From assembly GCA_965277285.1 (NCBI GenBank), contig OZ255721.1, positions 1,312,001 to 1,376,000 on the forward strand: a stretch of DNA of 64,000 nucleotides, read 5' to 3'. Of the stretch, positions 29,765 to 37,363 are shown piece by piece. The first letter of the stretch is position 1. Each line of letters begins with the position of its first letter. The notes below the pieces were generated by a model that was given only the letters and a program-made list of their open reading frames with translations, was not told the DNA's origin and searched no databases. The position numbers and the translations under genes are program-made. The stretch is from Abditibacteriaceae bacterium. Its GTDB lineage: Bacteria; Armatimonadota; Abditibacteriia; Abditibacteriales; Abditibacteriaceae.

Positions 29765-30630
29765 TTCCCACCTACCAAATGCGGCACGCCAAAAAACGAA
29801 ATCGCCAACAACACAAAGCCGTAAACCACAACCAAATTCGTTCTGCGCCCACGCCAGCCAAGGATTTGTCGCACCGCTAAATAGGCGGCGAAAGTGAGCC
29901 AAGTGACGATAGACAACACGACCTTTGGGTCGGACAGTGGCGCATAATTCGGATGATGGCGCATCGGCAAAAGTGCCGTCAGAAGCCCGATAGAAAGCAT
30001 CGCCAATCCAAAGCTTGTCGCGCGAAATACCATTTCGTCGGCATCATGCAACGTCGGCAAACGTTGCCACAAACCGCGCAACTGCTTACGTTTGAGCAAA
30101 CCTTCTTGCATCAAATAAATCACGGAAAAAGCGAAGGCAAACGACAACGCCGCATACGCTGTCACGATGACGACGACGTGAACCGCCATCCATTGCGTTT
30201 CAAGAACGCGCAATTCTTCGGGCCGCGTCGCGCGATGCAGCGGTGCATCGGCCAGCGAATAGAGAGCGCCGCACAGCGCAACCGGCGTCACAAAGGCGTT
30301 GGGAACGCCGCGTCCCAAACGATGAAAAATCAGGCACGAAACCGCCACAATCCAGCCAAACAAACCCGCCACGCCAGGAACGAGGGCGAACAATTCGCTG
30401 CCCTGCCCGATTAGCGACAACAAATGAAACGCCGTTCCGACCAACAGAACGCCGTAAGCCCAAACTCCGGCGCGATGATGGCGGCGCTCGGCTGCCAAAG
30501 TTTGTTCGTCGGCGTGAAAAAAGGTTTGCGCCCACCACAACAAGGTCGCGCCCAGGTAGCACATCACGGCGCACAGCAGCCACGCGCCTTCCCAACGCGC
30601 CAAGAATGAAGTGTCAAGCGAAGCGTTCAT
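29761..30630 (-). CDS. hemX: HemX/CcsA-like cytochrome c assembly family membrane protein
   Basis: About 8 TM segments, HVVV...YA, YLMQE..LK.K, LPTL, DPK, GWRGRR. Sits between hemA and hemC, as Bacillus hemX does. Confidence 0.75.
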   Translation of the reverse strand: MNASLDTSFLARWEGAWLLCAVMCYLGATLLWWAQTFFHADEQTLAAERRHHRAGVWAYGVLLVGTAFHLLSLIGQGSELFALVPGVAGLFGWIVAVSCLIFHRLGRGVPNAFVTPVALCGALYSLADAPLHRATRPEELRVLETQWMAVHVVVIVTAYAALSFAFAFSVIYLMQEGLLKRKQLRGLWQRLPTLHDADEMVFRATSFGLAMLSIGLLTALLPMRHHPNYAPLSDPKVVLSIVTWLTFAAYLAVRQILGWRGRRTNLVVVYGFVLLAISFFGVPHLVGGK

Positions 30631-31976
30631 TCCTCGCCCTCCGCGTTATCCGGCGCGCCATTCGAGTACTCGATTGTGGTTTTCGTCGCCTCATCCAGCG
30701 CGAAAGCGCGGCGCAATGCGTCCACGTCAGGCGAACCTTCGCTGCCTGCGGTTCGCAAATGACGCAGTGGCGCGTGCATCAATTTATTGGCGATGGCGCG
30801 TCCCAAAAGTCGCACGATTTCCTGTTCGCGTTCGGTCAAATCGGGCAAACGAGACAACGCATTTTCGACTTCGCTTTGAGAAACTTCCTGGGCGCGCGCC
30901 GCCAAAGCTGCCATCACGGGACGCGCTTCGAGGGTGCGCAGCCATTTCGCCCAGCCCGCGACTTCTTCGTCCACGATTTCCTCGACGCGCGCCAGTTCGC
31001 CCCCGCGCTGACGCCGATTTTCTGCGACGACGCCTTGTAAATCGTCGATGTCATACAGATAAACGTTGTCCAACTTGTGCGATTGCGGGTCAATGTCGCG
31101 CGGCACGGCGATGTCGACCAAAAGCAAAGGACGACTGCGGCGCGTTTTCATGGCGGACGCGACTTGTTCGTAAGCAATCACGGTATGCGGCGCGCGCGTC
31201 GAAGAGATCACGATGTCGGCTTCGTGCAACCAACGCGGAAATTCGTCCCACGTCACCGCTTCCGACAAAACCGGACTGTCGCCGCGTTCGTTTCCCACGT
31301 CGTTGAACTGCTGCGCCATCGCGCAGGCGCGTTCGTGCGTGCGATTCGACACGATGATGCGACGCGCGCCGCTCGAAACTAAATGTTGTGCCGTCAATTC
31401 CGACATTTTCCCAGCGCCTAAAATGAGAACCGTGCGACCTTGCAGCGCGCCAAAAATCTGCCGCGCCAATTCGACCGCCGCGCTGCCGATGCTCAATGCT
31501 CCGCGCCCGATGTCGGTTTCGCTGCGCGCGCGCTTGCCGCACGTAATGGCGCGGCGAAACAATTCGTCCAGAGTTGCGCCCAGCGAATTGTGGGTGCGCG
31601 CTTCGTCAAAGGCGGTCTTGACCTGGCCTAAAATCTGGCTTTCGCCCAGCACCAGCGAATCCGTTCCGCACGCGACTTCAAATAAATGGCGCGCCGCGTT
31701 GTCCGCGCGATGATGGTAAAGATGTCCGCTCAGTCGAGTACTCGAAACACCGAAAAAGTCACTTAGAAAGTGCGTGATCGCGTCGTCAAGTTTTTCCTGT
31801 CCCAGCGCGTAAATTTCAAAGCGATTGCAGGTCGAAAGAATGACAGTTTCGTGCGCGCCAATTTCACGCAAGCCCGCCAGAACTTGCGGCAGGCGCGACG
31901 CTGGCAACGCAAATTGCTCGCGCAACGCGACCGGCGCCGTTTTGTGATTGAGACCGACAAGAAACAAAGACATCAA
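30627..31976 (-). CDS. hemA: Glutamyl-tRNA reductase
   Basis: GLNHKTAPVALRE, LSTCNRFE, SLVLGESQILGQVK, GAGKM, DIAVPRDI. Confidence 0.97.
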   Translation of the reverse strand: MMSLFLVGLNHKTAPVALREQFALPASRLPQVLAGLREIGAHETVILSTCNRFEIYALGQEKLDDAITHFLSDFFGVSSTRLSGHLYHHRADNAARHLFEVACGTDSLVLGESQILGQVKTAFDEARTHNSLGATLDELFRRAITCGKRARSETDIGRGALSIGSAAVELARQIFGALQGRTVLILGAGKMSELTAQHLVSSGARRIIVSNRTHERACAMAQQFNDVGNERGDSPVLSEAVTWDEFPRWLHEADIVISSTRAPHTVIAYEQVASAMKTRRSRPLLLVDIAVPRDIDPQSHKLDNVYLYDIDDLQGVVAENRRQRGGELARVEEIVDEEVAGWAKWLRTLEARPVMAALAARAQEVSQSEVENALSRLPDLTEREQEIVRLLGRAIANKLMHAPLRHLRTAGSEGSPDVDALRRAFALDEATKTTIEYSNGAPDNAEGEE

Positions 31977-31992
31977 TGATTTGTGGCCGCTT

Positions 31993-32063
31993 CAGAACCC
32001 CAAGCGTGAGCGCGGGGCTGAAGCAACAGTTACTTCAGCCCCGCGCTCACGCTTGGGGTTCTG
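31993..32063. repeat. Family-B REP-like palindrome overlapping the sirC stop codon
   Basis: CAGAACCCCAAGCGTGAGCGCGGGGCTGAAG / CTTCAGCCCCGCGCTCACGCTTGGGGTTCTG. Confidence 0.9.
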
Positions 32064-32676
32064 CTAATATCTCATCAACACGTTGCGCGGCTTTTTCGCG
32101 TTTGCCGCGCCGTAACAATTCTAAAACATCGCTTTCGAGTACTCGATGCCACAAAATCGCGCGCTCGCTTTGCGTTGTCGCTGTCCTATCCAAAAGCGTA
32201 CGCCGTTCGCTCATCAATTGCAAAAGCTGCGCGTATTCATCGCCAATAACTTTCTTGATTTCATTGCGCAAATGATTTGCTAACGCCGGACTGCCGCCAT
32301 CTGTTGAAATCGTGATCGTGATTTCGCCACGCCGAATCGTCGCCACGTTATAAAAATCGCTGCTCTTCGCATCGTCCGCGATGTTGCACCAGATTCCGTT
32401 CTGGCGAGCTTCCGCCACAACCTGCGAGTTGATCTCGCGTTCGTTTGTACAAGCGAAAACCAGATAACAGTCCCGACAATCGCCGCTTTGAAAACTACGA
32501 TTCGAGTACTCGAACTGCGCCTTCCACGCTTCCAATTCTTTCTCTAAATGTGGCGCCACAACATGAACCTGCGCGCCACATTGCACCAACGAACGCACTT
32601 TGCGCGCGGCGACTGGCCCACCGCCGACAACCAGGCAACGTTTTCCCGCGACATCGAGCGCAATCGGCAACAGCAT
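32047..32676 (-). CDS. sirC: Precorrin-2 dehydrogenase / sirohydrochlorin ferrochelatase (CysG N-terminal type)
   Basis: LVVGGGPVAARK, NIADD, ISTDGGSPALA. Confidence 0.9.
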   Translation of the reverse strand: MLLPIALDVAGKRCLVVGGGPVAARKVRSLVQCGAQVHVVAPHLEKELEAWKAQFEYSNRSFQSGDCRDCYLVFACTNEREINSQVVAEARQNGIWCNIADDAKSSDFYNVATIRRGEITITISTDGGSPALANHLRNEIKKVIGDEYAQLLQLMSERRTLLDRTATTQSERAILWHRVLESDVLELLRRGKREKAAQRVDEILAEPQA

Positions 32677-32691
32677 CTTAAATCTTGAACC

Positions 32692-32868
32692 TTAAACGCT
32701 TAACACTTCGCGCGGCGTTTGGGTTTCCGCAGCATCGGTTTCGCCACGCACCGCCGCGACTTCTTTTTCCAGAGAGCGCGCGAGGGCTTCCAAGCGCAGC
32801 AAATAAAAGAACACGCCGCCCCACGTCAAAAGTGCGACAACTAAAACCGGAACTAAGCTTTTGTCCAC
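32692..32868 (-). CDS. ccmD: CcmD family heme exporter protein D (58 aa, below the ORF-track cutoff)
   Basis: GGAG RBS plus GTG start: MDKSLVPVLVVALLTWGGVFFYLLRLEALARSLEKEV... One TM segment followed by a charged helix; overlaps the end of ccmC. Confidence 0.8.
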   Translation of the reverse strand: MDKSLVPVLVVALLTWGGVFFYLLRLEALARSLEKEVAAVRGETDAAETQTPREVLSV

Positions 32869-33530
32869 GACATCTCCTGCAAAGCGTCACGCGCCATTTC
32901 CAGTCGCGCGCGCAAATTGGCCACTTTCATCAACAAAAACACATACGCCGCGATGTTGAAGGTCAGCGCGAACTGAATCAAATGATCGCTATAAAGCAGT
33001 GTATTCTTCGGATGCAAAGTTTGTCCGTCCGGCAGCAAGCGACGATAAACCACGCTCGCAAAACACGCCGTCAAACATCCAAAAATCGCGTAAACCGCCC
33101 ACAAATTGCGCCGTTTTCCGTCGTCTTCCACCGCGCCGCGCAACGCGAACAACGCCGCGTATGTAATCAAAGTAACCAGAACGCCGACTTGTTGCGGGTC
33201 CCAACTCCAATACATTCCCCAGTTGACACGCGCGAAAACGGCGCCTGTAACAGTCGCCACCACGCCCGCCAGCGCGCCCGCTTCGGCATACGCCAGCGAA
33301 AGCGCGTCGTCTTTCACGTTGCGCGTGCGCAGCCATTGCACGCCATAAAAAGCCGAAACCAGAAACGCCACGATCATCGCCACCGCCATCGGAATATGAA
33401 AATATCCGATCTGGCGCGCAAATAATCGCAAGCCACTGGAACGATCTTCAATCGGCGGCATGGCAAAACCGATAATCATGCCCAGCGCGATCCAGATCCC
33501 CAGAATAGAGGTACTAATTCGAGTACTCAT
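32853..33530 (-). CDS. ccmC: Heme exporter protein C
   Basis: YFHIP, TGAVFARVNWGMYWSWDP (WWD domain), TLHP. Confidence 0.92.
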   Translation of the reverse strand: MSTRISTSILGIWIALGMIIGFAMPPIEDRSSGLRLFARQIGYFHIPMAVAMIVAFLVSAFYGVQWLRTRNVKDDALSLAYAEAGALAGVVATVTGAVFARVNWGMYWSWDPQQVGVLVTLITYAALFALRGAVEDDGKRRNLWAVYAIFGCLTACFASVVYRRLLPDGQTLHPKNTLLYSDHLIQFALTFNIAAYVFLLMKVANLRARLEMARDALQEMSWTKA

Positions 33531-33550
33531 TATTGACTATTTCATCTGTC

Positions 33551-33636
33551 AACGAACCCGAAGCGTAAGCGATGGGCTGAAATAAAAATTGCATCAAACT
33601 GTTACTTCAGCCCGTCGCTCACGCTTCGGGTTCGTT
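33551..33636. repeat. Family-B REP-like palindrome
   Basis: AACGAACCCGAAGCGTAAGCGATGGGCTGAA / TTCAGCCCGTCGCTCACGCTTCGGGTTCGTT. Confidence 0.9.
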
Positions 33637-33660
33637 AATGCTGCGGTCGTGATTTCCAAC

Positions 33661-34329
33661 TCAAGCCAGCCAGACCGAATCGAACAGCATCCAACTGGCG
33701 GCTAAAACCAAAACATCATACGTCAACACAATTTGCAAACCGGGCCAAAACGACGAATTGGCTCCGAACGTGGCCGACGTGGCGACTGAAGCCGCGCCCA
33801 GCAACGGTAACAAAACCGGCACCGCGACCGCCGCGAACAACGCTCCGCGCGCCCGCGCCTGACTCGCAATCGCGCCCAACAATGTACACGCGACCGCCAG
33901 ACCAATGTCGCCCGCCAGCAAAATGACGAACAATGCGACAGGCTGCGTCACGCGCGCGTTCAACAATACGATGAACAGCGGCACCGCAGCGATTTGCGTC
34001 AACAACAGCAACGCCAGATTGAATGCGGCTTTGCCCCATAGAACGGCTTCCGGCGGACAACTCAAGCGCAATTGCGCGACGGTTCCGCTTTCTTCCTCGC
34101 GCACGAAAGCGCGCGGCAACCCCACCAACGCCGCGAAAAGCAAAACGCTCCACAAACATCCGGCGAGCGTTTCCGCGCTCAGGTTTTGCGTTGCCACATT
34201 GAAACTCAGCGCAATCGGCGCCGCAACCGCGAACAAAACGCTGGCGTTCAAGGCCGCGCGCGTGCGCCATTCGCCGCGCCATTCGCGCCCAAAAACCGCA
34301 CTCATCGGCGTCCACAGCGAAGCGTTCAT
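33661..34329 (-). CDS. ccmB: Heme exporter protein B
   Basis: REWRGEWRTR, W..LLFA, F.REEESGT, GKA..N, VPVLLPL; 6 TM segments. Confidence 0.9.
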   Translation of the reverse strand: MNASLWTPMSAVFGREWRGEWRTRAALNASVLFAVAAPIALSFNVATQNLSAETLAGCLWSVLLFAALVGLPRAFVREEESGTVAQLRLSCPPEAVLWGKAAFNLALLLLTQIAAVPLFIVLLNARVTQPVALFVILLAGDIGLAVACTLLGAIASQARARGALFAAVAVPVLLPLLGAASVATSATFGANSSFWPGLQIVLTYDVLVLAASWMLFDSVWLA

Positions 34330-34369
34330 TTTCGAGTACTCGATTGTGGCCAAATTACGTTCAAACGTT

Positions 34370-34392
34370 GTAGGGGCTTGGCACGCCAAGCC
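34370..34392. repeat. GTAG-type REP-like element (partial)
   Basis: GTAGGGGCTTGGCACGCCAAGCC, identical to the copy at 39691. Confidence 0.75.
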
Positions 34393-34412
34393 GTTATAAG
34401 TGAACGACAATA

Positions 34413-35057
34413 TTACAATTCCAATCGTGCGTCGCACCAAGCGGCTTCGCGATCATCATTTGTCGCCACCAAAACAATGCCGCGCGCGCGTTGCTCTTCG
34501 AGTACTCGATACGCGATTTCTCGACCGCTTTCGTCCATATTGGCCGACGGTTCATCCAGCAGCAAAATCGAAGGCTGATGAAAGGTCGCCAACGCTAAAC
34601 CCAATCTTGCGCGTAAACCCGATGACAATTCGCCTGTTAAATCAGGCGCGCGGTTTTCTAAACCAAACTTCACCAGATGCGCCGAAAGTTCCTCGCCTCG
34701 CGTACTCAAACCGCGCACGCGCGCAACAAACTCCAAGTTTTCCAGCACAGACAATTCGCGTGGATGTGGTGCATCGGGAGCCGACAACCCGCACAAAAAG
34801 CGCAAATCGCTGTCTTTCCACGTTGTGCCGTTTCCGTCGCGCCATTCAATTTCGCCGCGCGAAGGTCGCTCCAAACCGGCCACGATCTTGAGCAAGGTGC
34901 TTTTTCCTGCGCCGTTTCGTCCGACAATCGCCACCGCCGCACCTTGCGAAATCGAAAAGTTCAAGCCGCGAAAAACCGCGCGCGCACCGAAGCGTTTTGC
35001 CAAGTCGTGCGCGCGCAGTTGCGGCTTTTCGCGGTTCGTCACATCGTTATTTGTCAC
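34413..35057 (-). CDS. ccmA: Heme ABC exporter ATP-binding protein
   Basis: GRNGAGKSTLL, LSSG, LLLDEP; located upstream of ccmB and ccmC. Confidence 0.9.
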   Translation of the reverse strand: MTNNDVTNREKPQLRAHDLAKRFGARAVFRGLNFSISQGAAVAIVGRNGAGKSTLLKIVAGLERPSRGEIEWRDGNGTTWKDSDLRFLCGLSAPDAPHPRELSVLENLEFVARVRGLSTRGEELSAHLVKFGLENRAPDLTGELSSGLRARLGLALATFHQPSILLLDEPSANMDESGREIAYRVLEEQRARGIVLVATNDDREAAWCDARLEL

Positions 35058-36354
35058 GGCTCAGCACATAATCCGCGATGTCGCGCAACGCCGTTTTCGC
35101 TTCGCTTTCTGCAAAATCGTCAAGTTGCGACTTGGCCGATTCGACGAAGCGCGCTGCCAGCGCCATCGAGTACTCGACCGCATCACAATCGCGCAAGATG
35201 CTCAACGCTCGCTTCACTTCCTCGTCCGTAATCGGGTCTTTGCCGACAATGGCGCACAATTCGTCGCGCTCGCGTTCGCCAATCAATTGCATCGCGCGCA
35301 ACATTGGCAGCGTAATATCGCCTTCGCGGATGTCATTGCCAACCGGTTTTCCAATGCGCGCCGCACTTGAAGTCACATCGAAAACGTCGTCCACGATTTG
35401 AAACGCCAAGCCCAAATCGCGGCCATAGCGCGCCAGTCTTTCCTGTTCTTCGCTCGTTGCACCTGCCGAAATCGCCCCGGCGCGACAAGCGCAATCGGTC
35501 AGGCTGCCAGTTTTCAGCGAAATAATGTCAAGATATTGCGCCTCGCTCATCGAAAGCAGGCCGCGCGTTTGTGTTTCCAGCAATTCTCCAGCGCAAAGTT
35601 CGGCGGTCGCCTGCGCCATAAACGGTAAAATCTCGCGGAACTCGGGCGCTGCCATCGCCACAAAACTTTGCGCGCACAAATAATCGCCGACCAGAACGCT
35701 GGTTTCGTTGCCCCACATCAGATTCGCCGCCGGTTTGCCGCGCCGCGTTTGCGCCAGATCAATTACATCATCGTGCAAAAGCGCAGTCGTGTGCGTCAGT
35801 TCAATAACTGCCGCGCACGTAATGGTTTTCGCGCCCGCTGTTTTCTCGCCGCAAATTTGCGCCGCCAAAATCGTCAGCGATGGTCGCAAGCGCTTGCCGC
35901 CCGCGCCCAGCGTATGTCCCGCGACATCGGCGACGAGTTTCACCGGCGAGGAAATCAAGCGCTCGATTTCGGCTTCAACCTGCGTCATTTGAGGCGCAAC
36001 GGCTTCAAGCGTCGCCGCAATATCAATGCGCGCTTTACCATGGCTCAAGTTGCCGTTTGCCGAAATACCGTTTATCGAAACGCCGTTCGAGTACTCGATT
36101 GCGCCGTTTTGCGCGCTCTCGTTCTGTGCATTGCCGTTTTGCATGGCGGCGGTGCGCAAAGGCATTTGGCGCGCCTGGGCGATTTGTGCGGCGGCGACAA
36201 CAGTTTGCTGAACATCGGGGCGCACGTCCGGCGTCGCTTCTTCGTGGCCGTTTAATGCGTCACCACTCAACTCGGTGCTGTTAGTATTGGTGGAAGACGA
36301 ACGATTGTTTCGTGTTCCGTTCAAATACCCGTTTGTGACATTGGCGTTCGTCAT
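35047..36354 (-). CDS. Polyprenyl diphosphate synthase (IspB/HepT-like) with a low-complexity N-terminal extension
   Basis: GGKRLRP, LLHDDVID...RRGK, VLVGD, KTG, AFQIVDD, GKPVGND. Confidence 0.92.
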   Translation of the reverse strand: MTNANVTNGYLNGTRNNRSSSTNTNSTELSGDALNGHEEATPDVRPDVQQTVVAAAQIAQARQMPLRTAAMQNGNAQNESAQNGAIEYSNGVSINGISANGNLSHGKARIDIAATLEAVAPQMTQVEAEIERLISSPVKLVADVAGHTLGAGGKRLRPSLTILAAQICGEKTAGAKTITCAAVIELTHTTALLHDDVIDLAQTRRGKPAANLMWGNETSVLVGDYLCAQSFVAMAAPEFREILPFMAQATAELCAGELLETQTRGLLSMSEAQYLDIISLKTGSLTDCACRAGAISAGATSEEQERLARYGRDLGLAFQIVDDVFDVTSSAARIGKPVGNDIREGDITLPMLRAMQLIGERERDELCAIVGKDPITDEEVKRALSILRDCDAVEYSMALAARFVESAKSQLDDFAESEAKTALRDIADYVLSRDK

Positions 36355-36388
36355 TGTTCCACCACCTTTCAAAACAGAATGGGCGCGC

Positions 36389-37054
36389 TTATTTGGCGCG
36401 CAGGTAATACGACAAAATTTCCATTTCCGAAGTCAAATCGACGTTGCGAACAGCGATTCCAGGACGCACCAAAATCGCAGTCGGCGCGAAGTTCAAAATC
36501 GCGTGAACGCCCGCCGCCACCAACTTGTCGACGACACTTTGCGCCGCCACGCGCGGCACCGTGACGACACCGACCGGCGCTTGCAAGTGAGCGTTCATCT
36601 TGGCCACCTCGTCAATGTGATGAACGACGTGTTCGCGCATTTTCGTTCCAACTTTCGCCGGATCGTTATCAAACACCGCAACCACGCGAAAACCGCGCTC
36701 CGTAAAACCCATATACGATGACAAGGCCGTGCCCAAATTGCCAGCGCCCACCAACAACACATCGCGCTGCGCATCCAAACCCATAATGCGCGACAAATGC
36801 GCTTCCAGTTCGTTCACATCGTAGCCCAGGCCAGGCGTGCCGAACTCGCCGAAATAGCTCAAGTCCTTGCGAAATTGGGCGGCGTTGATGCCGGTGCGCT
36901 GCGCGATTTCCGTAGAAGACGCGGTGTGAACATCATCGGCGCGCATACCACGCACGCACTGCAAATACGCACTTAAGCGCTCAATTGTCGGTTGTGGAAT
37001 CTTCACCGAACCATCGTTGTTTTCGGCTCCGATCTCGCTTTTTTTCGTCGCCAT
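36389..37054 (-). CDS. rex: Redox-sensing transcriptional repressor Rex
   Basis: IPQPTIERLSAY, QFRKDLSYFGEFG..G.GY, GAGNLG, ILNFAP. Confidence 0.96.
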   Translation of the reverse strand: MATKKSEIGAENNDGSVKIPQPTIERLSAYLQCVRGMRADDVHTASSTEIAQRTGINAAQFRKDLSYFGEFGTPGLGYDVNELEAHLSRIMGLDAQRDVLLVGAGNLGTALSSYMGFTERGFRVVAVFDNDPAKVGTKMREHVVHHIDEVAKMNAHLQAPVGVVTVPRVAAQSVVDKLVAAGVHAILNFAPTAILVRPGIAVRNVDLTSEMEILSYYLRAK

Positions 37055-37148
37055 AAACTGCTTCCTCGCGCTCGCGTTTGCTTGTTCAAAATGCTTCTTT
37101 TTCAGGATAACATACGCAACTCACTTTTTTATCTTTTCTCCGCCTATT

Positions 37149-37166
37149 TTGAGAAATATTTCACAA
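37149..37166. promoter_or_regulatory. Rex operator
   Basis: TTGAGAAATATTTCACAA has one mismatch to the Rex consensus TTGTGAANNNNTTCACAA and lies about 95 bp upstream of rex. Confidence 0.8.
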
Positions 37167-37363
37167 ACTACTCTTCAGCGTCAAGTGTTCTTTATTTTGC
37201 ACGCACAAATCGAGTACTCGAACGTTACTGCGAAGGCGGCGGCGCTCCAATTTTATTTCAACAAATCTTGACAGATAAAAGGAAAAACACTCGCAACAAA
37301 CTGGCCGACAGCGCGTTAAAAGTGGCACAATACGTTAGGAATGATTGCATACGAGGTTCTGCT

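Noticed and set aside
36992..37363. 124-aa N-terminal extension of the DUF1800 ORF
   Set aside because: It overlaps the rex start and the AT-rich divergent promoter region containing the Rex box. ATG 37364 with an upstream GAGG is more plausible.
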